DNA of 64,000 nt from Methanothrix sp. (GCA_037128175.1 JBAXWY010000007.1:25351-89350); one strand, 5' to 3'; positions 49,174-59,084 are shown, numbered from the stretch's first letter. Program-made: numbers and translations. Notes: a model not told the origin generated them from the sequence alone.

Positions 49174-50123
49174 GGAGAATGAGGCGGCTAAGAGTGCCGG
49201 GAATTCGCGAGATGGTCGCACAGACCCAGCTATCTCTAAATGATCTGGTGCAGCCCATATTTGTGGATGAGAGAATATCGGTGCCGAGGGCAATTGAGGC
49301 CATGCCCGGCCAGTTCCGGCAGAGCCTGGAGAGTCTGCCGGCGGAGGCGCAAGCCCTGGAAGATCTGGGCGTGCCTGCCGTGCTTTTATTCGGCCTGCCG
49401 GCTATAAAGGATGAGACAGGCTCTGGTGCCTACGACCCGCATGGCATAATTCAGAATGCGGTAGCCGCCATCAAAGAGACCACCAGCCTGATAGTAATAA
49501 CCGATTTGTGCCTGTGTGAGTACACCAGCCACGGGCACTGCGGCCTCGTCCGGGGCGAGAAGATCCTCAATGATGAGACGTTGCCTTTGTTAGGAGAGGC
49601 GGCTGTGAGCCACGCTCTGGCCGGAGCGGATATAGTAGCTCCCAGCGGCATGATGGATCACATGGTGCAGGCCATACGCGCCTCCCTGGACCTGGACGGA
49701 TACACAGACACGTCCATCCTCTCCTATTCGGCCAAGTACGCATCCACCTTTTACGGGCCTTTTCGCGAGGCGGCCGAGTCTGGCTTTGCCTGGGGCGATC
49801 GTAAGGGATACCAGATGAATCCCGCCAACTTTTCCGAGGCGCTCTGGGAGGTGCAACAGGATATCGAAGAAGGTGCGGACATGGTCATGGTCAAGCCGGC
49901 CATGCCCTACCTAGATGTTCTGCGCGCCGTCAAGGAGATGTTCGCGTTGCCTACTGCCGCTTATCAGGTCTCAGGCGAGTATTCCATGATTACAGCTGCG
50001 GCAGAGAGGGGCTGGCTGGATGAGAGGGCGGCCTTCCTGGAGGCTTTGACTTGCATCAAGAGGGCGGGCGCAGATATAATCATCACCTACTGGGCTAAGG
50101 AGTATGCCAAGCTTGGTCTTTAG
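49170..50123 (+). CDS. hemB: Porphobilinogen synthase
   Basis: DLCLCEYTSHGHCG, APSGMMD, YSAKYAS, MVKPAMPYLD, AYQVSGEY. Confidence 0.96.
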   Translation: MRRMRRLRVPGIREMVAQTQLSLNDLVQPIFVDERISVPRAIEAMPGQFRQSLESLPAEAQALEDLGVPAVLLFGLPAIKDETGSGAYDPHGIIQNAVAAIKETTSLIVITDLCLCEYTSHGHCGLVRGEKILNDETLPLLGEAAVSHALAGADIVAPSGMMDHMVQAIRASLDLDGYTDTSILSYSAKYASTFYGPFREAAESGFAWGDRKGYQMNPANFSEALWEVQQDIEEGADMVMVKPAMPYLDVLRAVKEMFALPTAAYQVSGEYSMITAAAERGWLDERAAFLEALTCIKRAGADIIITYWAKEYAKLGL

Positions 50124-50211
50124 GACCAAAAAGATCGATTTCCTGATTTAGCAGAGCCATCATACTCCATCAAAAGGGGCGAGGGGAATATGGTACTCCC
50201 GCCCATTTCGC

Positions 50212-52428
50212 CTAAAAAGTCAGCTCAATTGTATTACCTTTTATTACGTCTTCCTCGCTCACGTCGAGATTTTTCTTATTCACGGCATCTTTGTTTCCAG
50301 AGAATACTAAATATGAATTGATCGCATGGCACCCATTTTGGCTTTTTGTGGAGTAAGGAACTCTAATCTCAAATGAATCACCGTTTGCTTTCGCCTCATT
50401 GACGTAAATGAAAGGCCTCCCTCGATTAGAGGTCATATTAAGCAGAGCGCCTATCTTCTGGCCCGGACCGGCCCGAATTTTTATCAATGCCCCTGGGACG
50501 TACTCAAAGATCTTAACCATGCTCTTGGCCGAGCTTTCTCCCACAAATGTCTTCGATTCATGGATCAGCCGGAAGTGGCCAGTGCCCGCGCCATCGAAGA
50601 AATAAAGCCTTCCTAAGGTCGTATTGAAGAGTCTTTCCTGTGGTGTTACCGTATGTTGTGAGGCATAGTTTTCCATTTTCATGTAGCTGCTCAGATTCTC
50701 ATTGGACCAGGTAGTGAGTGAGGAAAGTTTGCCGTAGATCAGGCTATAATCTGCAATGATGTATCTAGATCCCCTGGCATCCAGCACGGCTGTGGCCTCT
50801 TCCTCGCTTTCCGATAGATAGAATTTGGCAGCATCCGCCACTCCTGCCTGGAAATTGTTGGCTACTACCGGCCGCTCGGCCAAATAGAGGACCCAGTTGC
50901 CATAGTCCCACCAACTCATGACGCTGTACTCTGCCGTTTTCTGGGGGGCCTCAAAGAAGCTGGTTGTGTTGCTGTTTTCTTTCAGCCAGGCAAGCGACTC
51001 CACCCAGTCGCCCGTCGTCGCAGGGGGAGAACTCTGGGCAAAGGAGGCTGCATCCCAGGCGGTGGGCAGGACAAGAAGCAAAAATAAAACCGTAGCCAAT
51101 AATCTGGAATATCTTGCTGCTGGTGCCTGATCACCTTCTTTTTGCTTCTTATTGGCTGTATCAAGTAAAAAGAAGAATAGTATGCTTATCAACAGTCCCA
51201 TGGAGATCGTAGAGATGTAGAGGAACCTGGACTGCCCAAAAGTGAGGATGAGTGTGAACGCCATCCATAGCAAGAGCAGGGTCTGGCCCTGCCTCTTGGT
51301 ACCAGTACTGCGACGGATGTAAATTAAGGACGCGGCCATCCCTCCCAGGGAGAAGAGAAGATTCAGTCCTAGTAGTGAGAAGACCACCTCTGAAAAGGTA
51401 TCTGCATTATAGATGAGTGGCTCGGCCTCGCCGATCTTTCCAATCATCCCTCCTCCCCAGATGTATTCTAACCCCGACTGAATCATTGCACCCACACCGA
51501 AAAATCCGCCGGCAAGCTCTGAGAGCAGCGCAAATAAGGCGAATAAAATCAGGATGCTCAGAGGAAATGTCTTCCAGGATAATTTCCTCTTGGCCGTGAT
51601 GTAGGCGAGGGCGAACATGGTGGAAAGGGCAATGATCATTGCTCCTATCCCATGGAAGGATGCAGAGAGAGCGGAAGTATTCCCAAACGGCAAAACAAGA
51701 ATAAAAGCAATAGCAAAGGCGGTCAAGAGCATTTTCGTTGTCTCTTTAGATGATTTGTCCTCTTTGAGGTCTATTGTCATCTGGACGGCCGCGTAAAGCG
51801 GGAATATTGCCAGGTAGATATCTGCCCCTTGCCAGGTATATGCCAGGGCGGCCATGGCAACTCCTGACAGAAAGGCGTAGAGGTATCTCTTCAGACTCCT
51901 GTTGATGGCCATGATCATGAACAGGAGCGTGATGAGGTAAAGCAGTACCTCCAGGCAGTGGTGATCCAGGGCGGCAAACATGGTATAGAGGAGATAATAT
52001 GGTGCCAGGGCGGCCATGAATGCGGCAAGAAGTGCAACTTTGTGATCGAAGAGCTCTCTGACGATGTAATAGACAACTATTATGGCTACGATGCCTATGA
52101 TCATAGGTACAAAGCTGGCTGCCATCTCGACTCCGGCTTTGCTATGCTGGCCAAAAGCCACACAGAAGGAGGCAGCGATCTGATCGAAGAGAGGGGGCCA
52201 GGTTATCTCCAATCCTCGGGGATAATTCAGGTAAGAGTCGAACCAGAGCGTATTGGGAAAATGGTTTGCAGTAAACAAAATTCTGCGCATATGGTAATAT
52301 TCATCATAACCCGGTAGCAGTACGCCGTTTTCAGTTAATGAGTTTCTCCCGGCAAACAACCTCAACAAGAGGCCCAGGATTAAAACTGCAAAAAGCTCTG
52401 CCGGCTCGCTCCTCCTCCCTTGATCCAT
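50212..52428 (-). CDS. aglB: Oligosaccharyltransferase (STT3/AglB)
   Basis: DEYYH, DHH, WWDYG, NNFQ; multi-TM N half. Confidence 0.93.
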   Translation of the reverse strand: MDQGRRSEPAELFAVLILGLLLRLFAGRNSLTENGVLLPGYDEYYHMRRILFTANHFPNTLWFDSYLNYPRGLEITWPPLFDQIAASFCVAFGQHSKAGVEMAASFVPMIIGIVAIIVVYYIVRELFDHKVALLAAFMAALAPYYLLYTMFAALDHHCLEVLLYLITLLFMIMAINRSLKRYLYAFLSGVAMAALAYTWQGADIYLAIFPLYAAVQMTIDLKEDKSSKETTKMLLTAFAIAFILVLPFGNTSALSASFHGIGAMIIALSTMFALAYITAKRKLSWKTFPLSILILFALFALLSELAGGFFGVGAMIQSGLEYIWGGGMIGKIGEAEPLIYNADTFSEVVFSLLGLNLLFSLGGMAASLIYIRRSTGTKRQGQTLLLLWMAFTLILTFGQSRFLYISTISMGLLISILFFFLLDTANKKQKEGDQAPAARYSRLLATVLFLLLVLPTAWDAASFAQSSPPATTGDWVESLAWLKENSNTTSFFEAPQKTAEYSVMSWWDYGNWVLYLAERPVVANNFQAGVADAAKFYLSESEEEATAVLDARGSRYIIADYSLIYGKLSSLTTWSNENLSSYMKMENYASQHTVTPQERLFNTTLGRLYFFDGAGTGHFRLIHESKTFVGESSAKSMVKIFEYVPGALIKIRAGPGQKIGALLNMTSNRGRPFIYVNEAKANGDSFEIRVPYSTKSQNGCHAINSYLVFSGNKDAVNKKNLDVSEEDVIKGNTIELTF

Positions 52429-52473
52429 GGTTCTCGATAAAGATATGGAATATATAAAAGTTTCACCTGATCT

Positions 52474-52974
52474 TTAATTTTCATGATCTTCCTGCCATGC
52501 CAGATCGCTGGACCTGCTATTGTCAATGTCCTGGCTATCAAAGATCACCAGTTCATAGATGACTTCATTCTCTCTTACCTCGGTTCGAACTCCATAGCTC
52601 TCCTCCATCTCTACAAATATTTCTTCCTCTATATCCAGGCCGTGTTCTGTCTCAAAGCCAAGAATCTCTTCCAGGGAAAAGCCGTTGTCGGATGCAACAT
52701 TCGCCTTGATCTCTTCTAAGATTTCCTGCGGCTCAATCGCTTCCAGGTAGATTATGAAACCATTGATCTTATCCTCGATAAATTCGATGGTGAGCTGTAA
52801 TTCCCAGGGATCATTTGCGATCGATAATTCTCTTTTGCTCTTCAGATCATCAATCAGAGCCTTAGAGAGCTGGAGTTCTTCAGCTGCCTGATGCATGGCG
52901 GCAAAAAGTGGATCGTGGGCCAGAGCAATTTCCTCAATGATCTCCTTCCACAGGTCGTAGGTAAGGCTAAACAA
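52474..52974 (-). CDS. Acidic hypothetical protein
   Basis: 166-aa ORF, Glu-rich, tandem with UDG. Confidence 0.65.
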   Translation of the reverse strand: MFSLTYDLWKEIIEEIALAHDPLFAAMHQAAEELQLSKALIDDLKSKRELSIANDPWELQLTIEFIEDKINGFIIYLEAIEPQEILEEIKANVASDNGFSLEEILGFETEHGLDIEEEIFVEMEESYGVRTEVRENEVIYELVIFDSQDIDNSRSSDLAWQEDHEN

Positions 52975-52976
52975 GT

Positions 52977-53516
52977 CTAAAGCTCCCTGGTATTCAACCT
53001 TTTGAGGTCGGATACGAACTCATTCATGAGATTTCTATTTCGCAAGACTGCGGCAGGATGGTAGGTGACAAGAAAGCGATCCTGCAAGATCTGGCCTCGC
53101 AAGATTGTGACTCCCTGCCGGCCTAAGACGGCCTGTGTAGCCGTGTTTCCCATCAGGCAGATGATTTTAGGATGGAGAAATTCTATTTGAGCCTGCAAAT
53201 AGGGGCGACATTGATCGATCTCTGCTTTTTTCGGCTTTCTGTTTTGCGGGGGGCGGCATTTAATGACGCTGGTTATGAATACCTTCGATCTCTCCAGGCC
53301 TGCTTGCACGAGAGCCGCATCCAGCAGTCTTCCCGCCCGGCCTACGAATGGCTCTCCCGTGAGGTCCTCTTCTTTGCCGGGGGCTTCTCCCACCAGCATG
53401 ATATCGGTGGGAGCGGGGCCGCTGCCCGGCACGGCGCGTTTTCTCCCTTCGGATAGAGGGCAAAGGCGGCATGTACAGATTTGCTGGTCAAGATGGCGAA
53501 GATCGACATGGTCCAT
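52977..53516 (-). CDS. Uracil-DNA glycosylase, family 4
   Basis: C-x2-C, GEAPG, PFVGRAG, KCRPPQNR, YHPAA. Confidence 0.92.
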   Translation of the reverse strand: MDHVDLRHLDQQICTCRLCPLSEGRKRAVPGSGPAPTDIMLVGEAPGKEEDLTGEPFVGRAGRLLDAALVQAGLERSKVFITSVIKCRPPQNRKPKKAEIDQCRPYLQAQIEFLHPKIICLMGNTATQAVLGRQGVTILRGQILQDRFLVTYHPAAVLRNRNLMNEFVSDLKRLNTREL

Positions 53517-53619
53517 GAAGATGACTTTTTCATTTTCCCTTATTGATAATCTTTTTCTTCGCAGAAAACGAAAGGTTCTTATTTGCTCAAAACCTGTAGC
53601 CAAATGAGGAGGGCACGAG

Positions 53620-53856
53620 ATGCAGTTTGCAGAGTGGACTTATCCCTTGAGGAAGTTTGACGACATCTATTATACTATTGAGAGGATCGTTTACGGCAAG
53701 GGTGAGCTGACGGGATTCACCACAGAAGACGTCTATAATAACCTGAGAGATAAACGCTTTTTCCAGGATGCTCAGGACCTGAACCGATACCTACTGGATA
53801 ACGGTGCGAAATATAAAATAAGAAAGATGGATGATGCCTGGGAGCGCTACTACTAG
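53620..53856 (+). CDS. Small hypothetical protein
   Basis: gaggag site before ATG; 78 aa of normal composition. Confidence 0.55.
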   Translation: MQFAEWTYPLRKFDDIYYTIERIVYGKGELTGFTTEDVYNNLRDKRFFQDAQDLNRYLLDNGAKYKIRKMDDAWERYY

Positions 53857-53863
53857 TTATTAA

Positions 53864-55141
53864 CTAGCGCTTCATCGAACCTTTTTCTGCAAAGTAAATA
53901 TTTCTTTCATCAATTCCCAATTCCACGAATCTGCCGGTGGCCAGAATGCTGTGGCTGTGCTTGAGCGGTGCTACCCTTACGCCTGCTGCTACCACTGATT
54001 CGGGTGGCAGAACAACATTCTCGCCGATAACGGCGATAAGGTTCTCTCCAATACCATTTTCTCCCCCCAAAATGCTATGCTCCTCGATGGTGGTGTGGCG
54101 GCCTACGATGGTGCGGCGTATATTGACCATGTGCTGGATATGGGCGAAGCTCATGATCATGCTCTCTTTGATTTCCACATCGCGGTCGATGAGGCTGGTA
54201 TGGCCGATGTGGGAGTTCTCGATGGTCACGCCCTTTTCGATGTGGCAGTTTCTGCCGATGGAGACGTTGCCCACAAGCTGAATCTCGCCGGAGGCGAGGA
54301 AGGGCTCGATTCTGGCTAATGTGCTGGGATGGATCCACTGATTGGTCTTATAGTGGTACTTGCGATCGAAATGACGGACAGCTCCGGATAGGCAGTCCAT
54401 GGCCGCCTGGTGCAGCCGTTCCGGGGTGCCTATATCTATCCAGTAGCCTGTGATGGGAAAACCGTAAACGGGATAGCCGTTCTCCGTTAAGTAGGGGATC
54501 AGGTCGCCGCCGATGTCGCGGCCTTTATCTCCCATCCTGGCCAGAACCTCGCGAATCTGGGGCGAGAAGAGGTAGAAGGCGGTGTTAATCATGCGGCTGG
54601 GCTCGCTTCCCGCTTTCGGCTTTTCTACGAACCCCTTTATGCGCATATCACCGTCCACGCGGGCCACGCCGTACTGGGAGATATTCTCTTCCGGTCCCAG
54701 CTCTTTGAGGGCTACGGTGAGCAGGGGCTTGTGCTTTCTATGAAACTCGACAAAGCTTGCGAGGTCGATGTCGATGAGGTTGTCGCCCGATACCACCAGC
54801 AGGTCATCGTCGATGTCGTAGTAGTTCATGCAATAGCGCAGGGAATCGGCGCTTCCATTGTCGTCGTAGATGGGCTGGTAGCTGAAGTCCTGGTGGTCGG
54901 TGATGCCCAGGCGCTTGAAGAAGCCCTCGCCGGCTTTGAAGTAATTGCTCAGGTTGAGGGTGTTGCTGGCGCCCTTGCTGCCCAGGATGAATCTTCTGCA
55001 GCCCTGACTGGCTAAAACCCGGAAGAGATTGGCGATGATGGCAGTGTCGCATAGCTCCACCAGCGGCTTGGGCTGGTCTAAAGTAAGCGGGTACAAACGC
55101 GTTCCTGAGCCGCCAACAGTTGCTAAGACCTGGGGAAACAT
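53864..55141 (-). CDS. NDP-sugar synthase / sugar-phosphate nucleotidyltransferase with LbH domain
   Basis: GGSGTRLYPLT...PKPL, VSGD, FVEKP, WIDIGT, hexapeptide C-terminus. Confidence 0.9.
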   Translation of the reverse strand: MFPQVLATVGGSGTRLYPLTLDQPKPLVELCDTAIIANLFRVLASQGCRRFILGSKGASNTLNLSNYFKAGEGFFKRLGITDHQDFSYQPIYDDNGSADSLRYCMNYYDIDDDLLVVSGDNLIDIDLASFVEFHRKHKPLLTVALKELGPEENISQYGVARVDGDMRIKGFVEKPKAGSEPSRMINTAFYLFSPQIREVLARMGDKGRDIGGDLIPYLTENGYPVYGFPITGYWIDIGTPERLHQAAMDCLSGAVRHFDRKYHYKTNQWIHPSTLARIEPFLASGEIQLVGNVSIGRNCHIEKGVTIENSHIGHTSLIDRDVEIKESMIMSFAHIQHMVNIRRTIVGRHTTIEEHSILGGENGIGENLIAVIGENVVLPPESVVAAGVRVAPLKHSHSILATGRFVELGIDERNIYFAEKGSMKR

Positions 55142-55255
55142 GGCTGCCTGTTAGATGTCGGCAAATATTAAGCCTGTCGCTTATTCTTTGGTTAATCCTT
55201 GTGCCTTGCCAATGATTGTGAGAGGATAGTGTGCCTTTGTGAACGGCTGATCGTT

Positions 55256-55318
55256 CTTCGCGGCTTCGCGCCTTCGCGTGAAACCGGACCCTGTTGAATC
55301 TCACGCGAAGCCGCGAAG
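55256..55318. repeat. CTTCGCG sub-repeat inverted repeat (hairpin)
   Basis: Left arm cttcgcggcttcgcgccttcgcgtga; right arm tcacgcgaagccgcgaag; 19-nt loop. Confidence 0.8.
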
Positions 55319-55345
55319 CCTAAACATTGGTTTATTTCAGCCTCG

Positions 55346-55438
55346 CTAGTAGCCGCGCATGATCCTCATGATGATGCGGGCGATCATGAAGGCGAGGACG
55401 AATACGATGACGTAGAAGGCTATGCTCATTATGTCCAT
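55346..55438 (-). CDS. 30-aa hydrophobic microprotein
   Basis: MDIMSIAFYVIVFVLAFMIARIIMRIMRGY; C/G-ending codons; TTTAAA box about 25 nt upstream. Confidence 0.55.
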   Translation of the reverse strand: MDIMSIAFYVIVFVLAFMIARIIMRIMRGY

Positions 55439-55504
55439 GAAAACAAGTTAGTCATTTCTGGTTTAAAGATTTGACTGAAAAACTGAAGCCCTGTCTTCTT
55501 TTTT

Positions 55505-55735
55505 GGCTCTTCGCTATTTTCCGTGTGTCTAGCCTCTGGTTACTATGGTTTTCCAGTTGTTAGTTAGTTGCTCTGTGCGTTCTATGTGAACTGTGGTGTC
55601 TATGTGGTGGAATAGTCGTTAGCCACTGGTTATAACCAAATGGCGGACGGTACTACCACCACAGAGACACAGAGCGCACGGAGGACTCACAGAGGACTCG
55701 ATATTTCTATTAACCACTCGAAATAGCGAGGAACC
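55505..55735 (+). mobile_element. MITE-like palindromic element, copy B (most complete)
   Basis: TIRs ggctcttcgctatttt / gaaatagcgaggaacc (13 of 16 complementary); internal degenerate inverted arms 55571-55610 and 55656-55693. Confidence 0.7.
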
Positions 55736-55840
55736 ATTTTTTCCCTGAGATCAGCGGTCCCGGGCGCCCGCGCGCGCATGGGCAGAGGCGAGCGCATCCT
55801 GCGGTGCCAGCGATGGGCGTGGGATGTGCGCCCTCATGCC

Positions 55841-56124
55841 ATCGGCGAGGCTGAGGCCATTCGTGCTCTCCAGCGAGAATAGGAGCACTCTTGATAATCG
55901 ATGATGGCGACGGCAGGAAGGCCGCCGGGCAGCTCGGCTTGAAGATCACGGGAACCATTGGCGTTTTGCTCCTTGCATCTCAAGAAGGAATGCTAGATCT
56001 GAAAAGTACGCTGGACGAGTTGAAAGCTGCCGGCTTTCGACTCAGTGACAGAGAGTACGAAAAGATTTTATTTCATCTGAACTTCGCGCCTTCGCGTGAA
56101 ACAGTTTTTTGTGCCAAGCTATAA
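55841..56124 (+). pseudogene. DUF3368 (PIN-related) remnant
   Basis: GEAEAI, then frameshifts, then IIDDGDGRKAAGQLGLKITGTIGVLL...GFRLS; 5' part missing. Confidence 0.7.
56082..56102 (+). repeat. 21-bp exact direct repeat of 55264-55284
   Basis: cttcgcgccttcgcgtgaaac at both positions. Confidence 0.85.
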
Positions 56125-56306
56125 AAGGGTGTAATAAAAAAAAATTAGTGCTTTACAATTATTACCGCTAAAATCCGGATTTGGATTAAATAATGGATTA
56201 GTTTCGCCCCGCTCAGAATATGTTTATCTCTGATGATGCACATCCCTATTTAGCTTTGCAGGGGTGAAGTGCTGCCGCGCAAAGCTCCCAGGCGGAGGCC
56301 AGGCAT

Positions 56307-59084
56307 TTGGTAGAAGATGTTTCTCAGATAGAAGGGCGTTTTTTGGAGTTCTTTAGAACAGCTACACATGATGATAGTAGTCCCGAAGGGCACAAACCTT
56401 ATCCTTTTCAGACGAGACTTGCCACCGCAAAGGAGCTGCCGGAGCTTATCGACATCCCCACGGGTCTGGGCAAGACCGATGCCGTGGTCCTGGCCTGGCT
56501 GTGGCGCAGGCGCTTCGCGGGCGAGGAGACACGTGCCGCCACGCCCCGTCGCCTGGTGTACTGCCTGCCCATGCGAACGCTGGTGGAGCAGACACGGGAC
56601 AAGGCGAAGATGTGGCTGAAGAACCTGGGCCTCCTTTCGGAAAAGTCGGGCGACAGCAATCCTGCGGATACGAGCAAATGGAAGCGGACGGAAAAAACCG
56701 ACCAGGATAAAACTCGCATCGCCGTCACGGTGCTCATGGGCGGAGAGGACAGAGATGAATGGGATCTTTACCCGGAGAGGGACGCCATCATCATCGGCAC
56801 GCAGGACATGCTGCTCTCCCGAGCGCTCAACCGCGGCTACGGCATGAGTCGCTACCGCTGGCCGGTGCACTTCGGGCTGCTCAACAACGACTGCCTCTGG
56901 GTGATGGACGAGGTGCAGTTGATGGGGAATGGACTGGCTACATCCGTTCAGTTGCAACTATTTCAGGACAAATTCTGGAGACCTGCCATTAGCAATCATT
57001 TCCTTTGGATGTCCGCTACACCCGCCAAAGGAATGTTCTGCACACGGGATCGCAGTGATCATGAAATGGTTGAGATTCCAGAGGGGCGCATTTTGAGCCT
57101 TCTGAAAGAGAAAACGCAGGATATTCCATCATTAAAAGCAATTAAAAAGGTTGTAGGATGCGAGAGCGAACCAAAGATATCCAAGATTTTAAATCGTCAT
57201 TATGCGCAATCAGGAAACTTTACATTAATGGTGCTGAACACGGTTAAGAATGCTCAGAATTTGTTTAGTGATATAAAGAACGCAGTATATTGTCAAAGCG
57301 AGTCTGAAAAGAAAGCAACAAAAGTGATTCTGCTTCACGGACGAATGCGTCCCTGCGATAGGAAGAGTCTGATGGATCAGATTTCAGACTTCGATAAAAA
57401 ACAGAAAGAAAAGAAACAGGAGGCTTCGGGCCTCATTGTAGTTGCAACACAAGTTATCGAAGCAGGTCTGGATGTATCTGCAGATTACTTGTGGAGCGAA
57501 ATTGCTCCCTGGTCATCGGTGATTCAACGTTTGGGCAGGCTGAATCGACGAGGTAAACAGGACAACGCATGCTCGTGGTTCTGGATGCCAAAAGCAGATG
57601 TGAAGAACGACAATGCAAAGGATTCACCGAATGAAGGAAGAGTCGGGCCTTACGAAAAAAAAGATCTAGACGCAGCCCAGCATCTTCTGAATGAATTGGG
57701 AGAAAAAATTCAAACGATAGGTGACTATCGCAATGCCCTTGATGATGTTTTAAAGACCGACGAAAGCGAAAAAGCACGAGAGATCAGCCATGATATTGTA
57801 ATCAGACCGCCAGATCTCCATGATCTATTCTCCACAGAGCCGGATCTTGTTGGTGGATTTACGGATATTTCGCGATATATTCGTGATGCAGACCAAGACG
57901 CAGATGTCCAAGTTTTCTGGGCTGACTTTAAGGATAGACCTGCAAACGAACATTCAGTTAAAATGGATTCTCTTTGCAGAGTCCCGGTATTTACTTTAAG
58001 AGCATTCCTCAAATCCAATAGGACTTCTGCATGGGAATGGGACCCAGAGATAAGAGCATATCAAAAAGTTAGGCCAGAAATGCTATGCCCAGGCATGACC
58101 TTGCTTTTAGCTAAAAATACTGGTGGCTACTCCAAAGATTTAGGGTGGACGGGAAATAAAAACGATCAACCTACAGATGGATTTGCTGAGCCCGTAACTC
58201 CTGAAGCATTTTCTGATGACACCGAAAGTGCAAGCGCCTGGCTCAAACTTGATGACCACTTGAGAGATGCTAGAGCAGAAGCATTGGGACTGGTAGAGTC
58301 TCTTGCATTGGCGAATGTCTTTAAAGACTCGGTTGTCACTGCCGCTAGTTGGCACGATGTAGGCAAAGCTCATCCACGGTGGCAGGGAGAAATTCGAGCG
58401 TATAATGATCGAATTCAATTCAAAGTAAAAGAACGGGCACCATCACTTTTCCAGGAAATCAAACCTAGCTTAGATCCTGCAGAAAACCTGAATTCGCTTC
58501 AAGCCAAGTTCCCAAACTGGGACAAACTTATTGAAAGCTTCCTTAAAAAAAGAGGAAACTATACCGAGTCGTTGATCGGACAACTCAAATCCCGATTCGA
58601 TCCGAGACTTCGTCATGAAGCTGCAAGTTCATTGGCTGCATGGAAATATTGGCTAGAAAGAAGCGAGAACATGACGGCCTTGTCATTATATCTTATAGCA
58701 GCTCATCACGGGAAGGTGCGAACTGTTCTCAGATCCAGAGGAAAGGATCGCAATGATGTCTTCGGGATAAATCCGGATGATAAACTCAAGCCAATTCCGG
58801 GATGGATTAATAAGGAAATCATATTAGACCTAAGCCCAAAATACTTCGGATTACCTGGAAAGTGGCTGGACGACGGCGATTATGAGTCTTGCATGCCTTC
58901 CTGGATCAGCGTTGTTTCGGAAATCCTCGGCAAATCCCATCCTGGTGATGTGGATATTTTAGGAAGTATTCCTGATGGAGAAACCAAGAATATTGGCCCG
59001 TTTGCGTTGGCTTTCTTGGAATCCTTGGTGATCGCTGCAGATAGGCGTGCAAGCTCGAAACCTGGCAAAGGAGGCAATCTATGA
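56307..59084 (+). CDS. cas3: Type I-G (I-U) Cas3: helicase with C-terminal HD nuclease
   Basis: PTGLGKT, YCLPMRTLVEQT, DEVQ, SAT, ATQVIEAGLD, QRLGRLNR; C-terminal H...WHDVGK...RHE...AHHG...AD. Confidence 0.95.
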   Translation: MVEDVSQIEGRFLEFFRTATHDDSSPEGHKPYPFQTRLATAKELPELIDIPTGLGKTDAVVLAWLWRRRFAGEETRAATPRRLVYCLPMRTLVEQTRDKAKMWLKNLGLLSEKSGDSNPADTSKWKRTEKTDQDKTRIAVTVLMGGEDRDEWDLYPERDAIIIGTQDMLLSRALNRGYGMSRYRWPVHFGLLNNDCLWVMDEVQLMGNGLATSVQLQLFQDKFWRPAISNHFLWMSATPAKGMFCTRDRSDHEMVEIPEGRILSLLKEKTQDIPSLKAIKKVVGCESEPKISKILNRHYAQSGNFTLMVLNTVKNAQNLFSDIKNAVYCQSESEKKATKVILLHGRMRPCDRKSLMDQISDFDKKQKEKKQEASGLIVVATQVIEAGLDVSADYLWSEIAPWSSVIQRLGRLNRRGKQDNACSWFWMPKADVKNDNAKDSPNEGRVGPYEKKDLDAAQHLLNELGEKIQTIGDYRNALDDVLKTDESEKAREISHDIVIRPPDLHDLFSTEPDLVGGFTDISRYIRDADQDADVQVFWADFKDRPANEHSVKMDSLCRVPVFTLRAFLKSNRTSAWEWDPEIRAYQKVRPEMLCPGMTLLLAKNTGGYSKDLGWTGNKNDQPTDGFAEPVTPEAFSDDTESASAWLKLDDHLRDARAEALGLVESLALANVFKDSVVTAASWHDVGKAHPRWQGEIRAYNDRIQFKVKERAPSLFQEIKPSLDPAENLNSLQAKFPNWDKLIESFLKKRGNYTESLIGQLKSRFDPRLRHEAASSLAAWKYWLERSENMTALSLYLIAAHHGKVRTVLRSRGKDRNDVFGINPDDKLKPIPGWINKEIILDLSPKYFGLPGKWLDDGDYESCMPSWISVVSEILGKSHPGDVDILGSIPDGETKNIGPFALAFLESLVIAADRRASSKPGKGGNL

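Noticed and set aside
55880-55890. Pyrrolysine read-through of the TAG in the DUF3368 remnant
   Set aside because: The TAG results from a frameshift; read-through would not restore the frame.
56250-56957. 235-aa minus-strand ORF over the cas3 5' region
   Set aside because: An antisense open frame expected from high-GC codon bias; it ends where GC drops.
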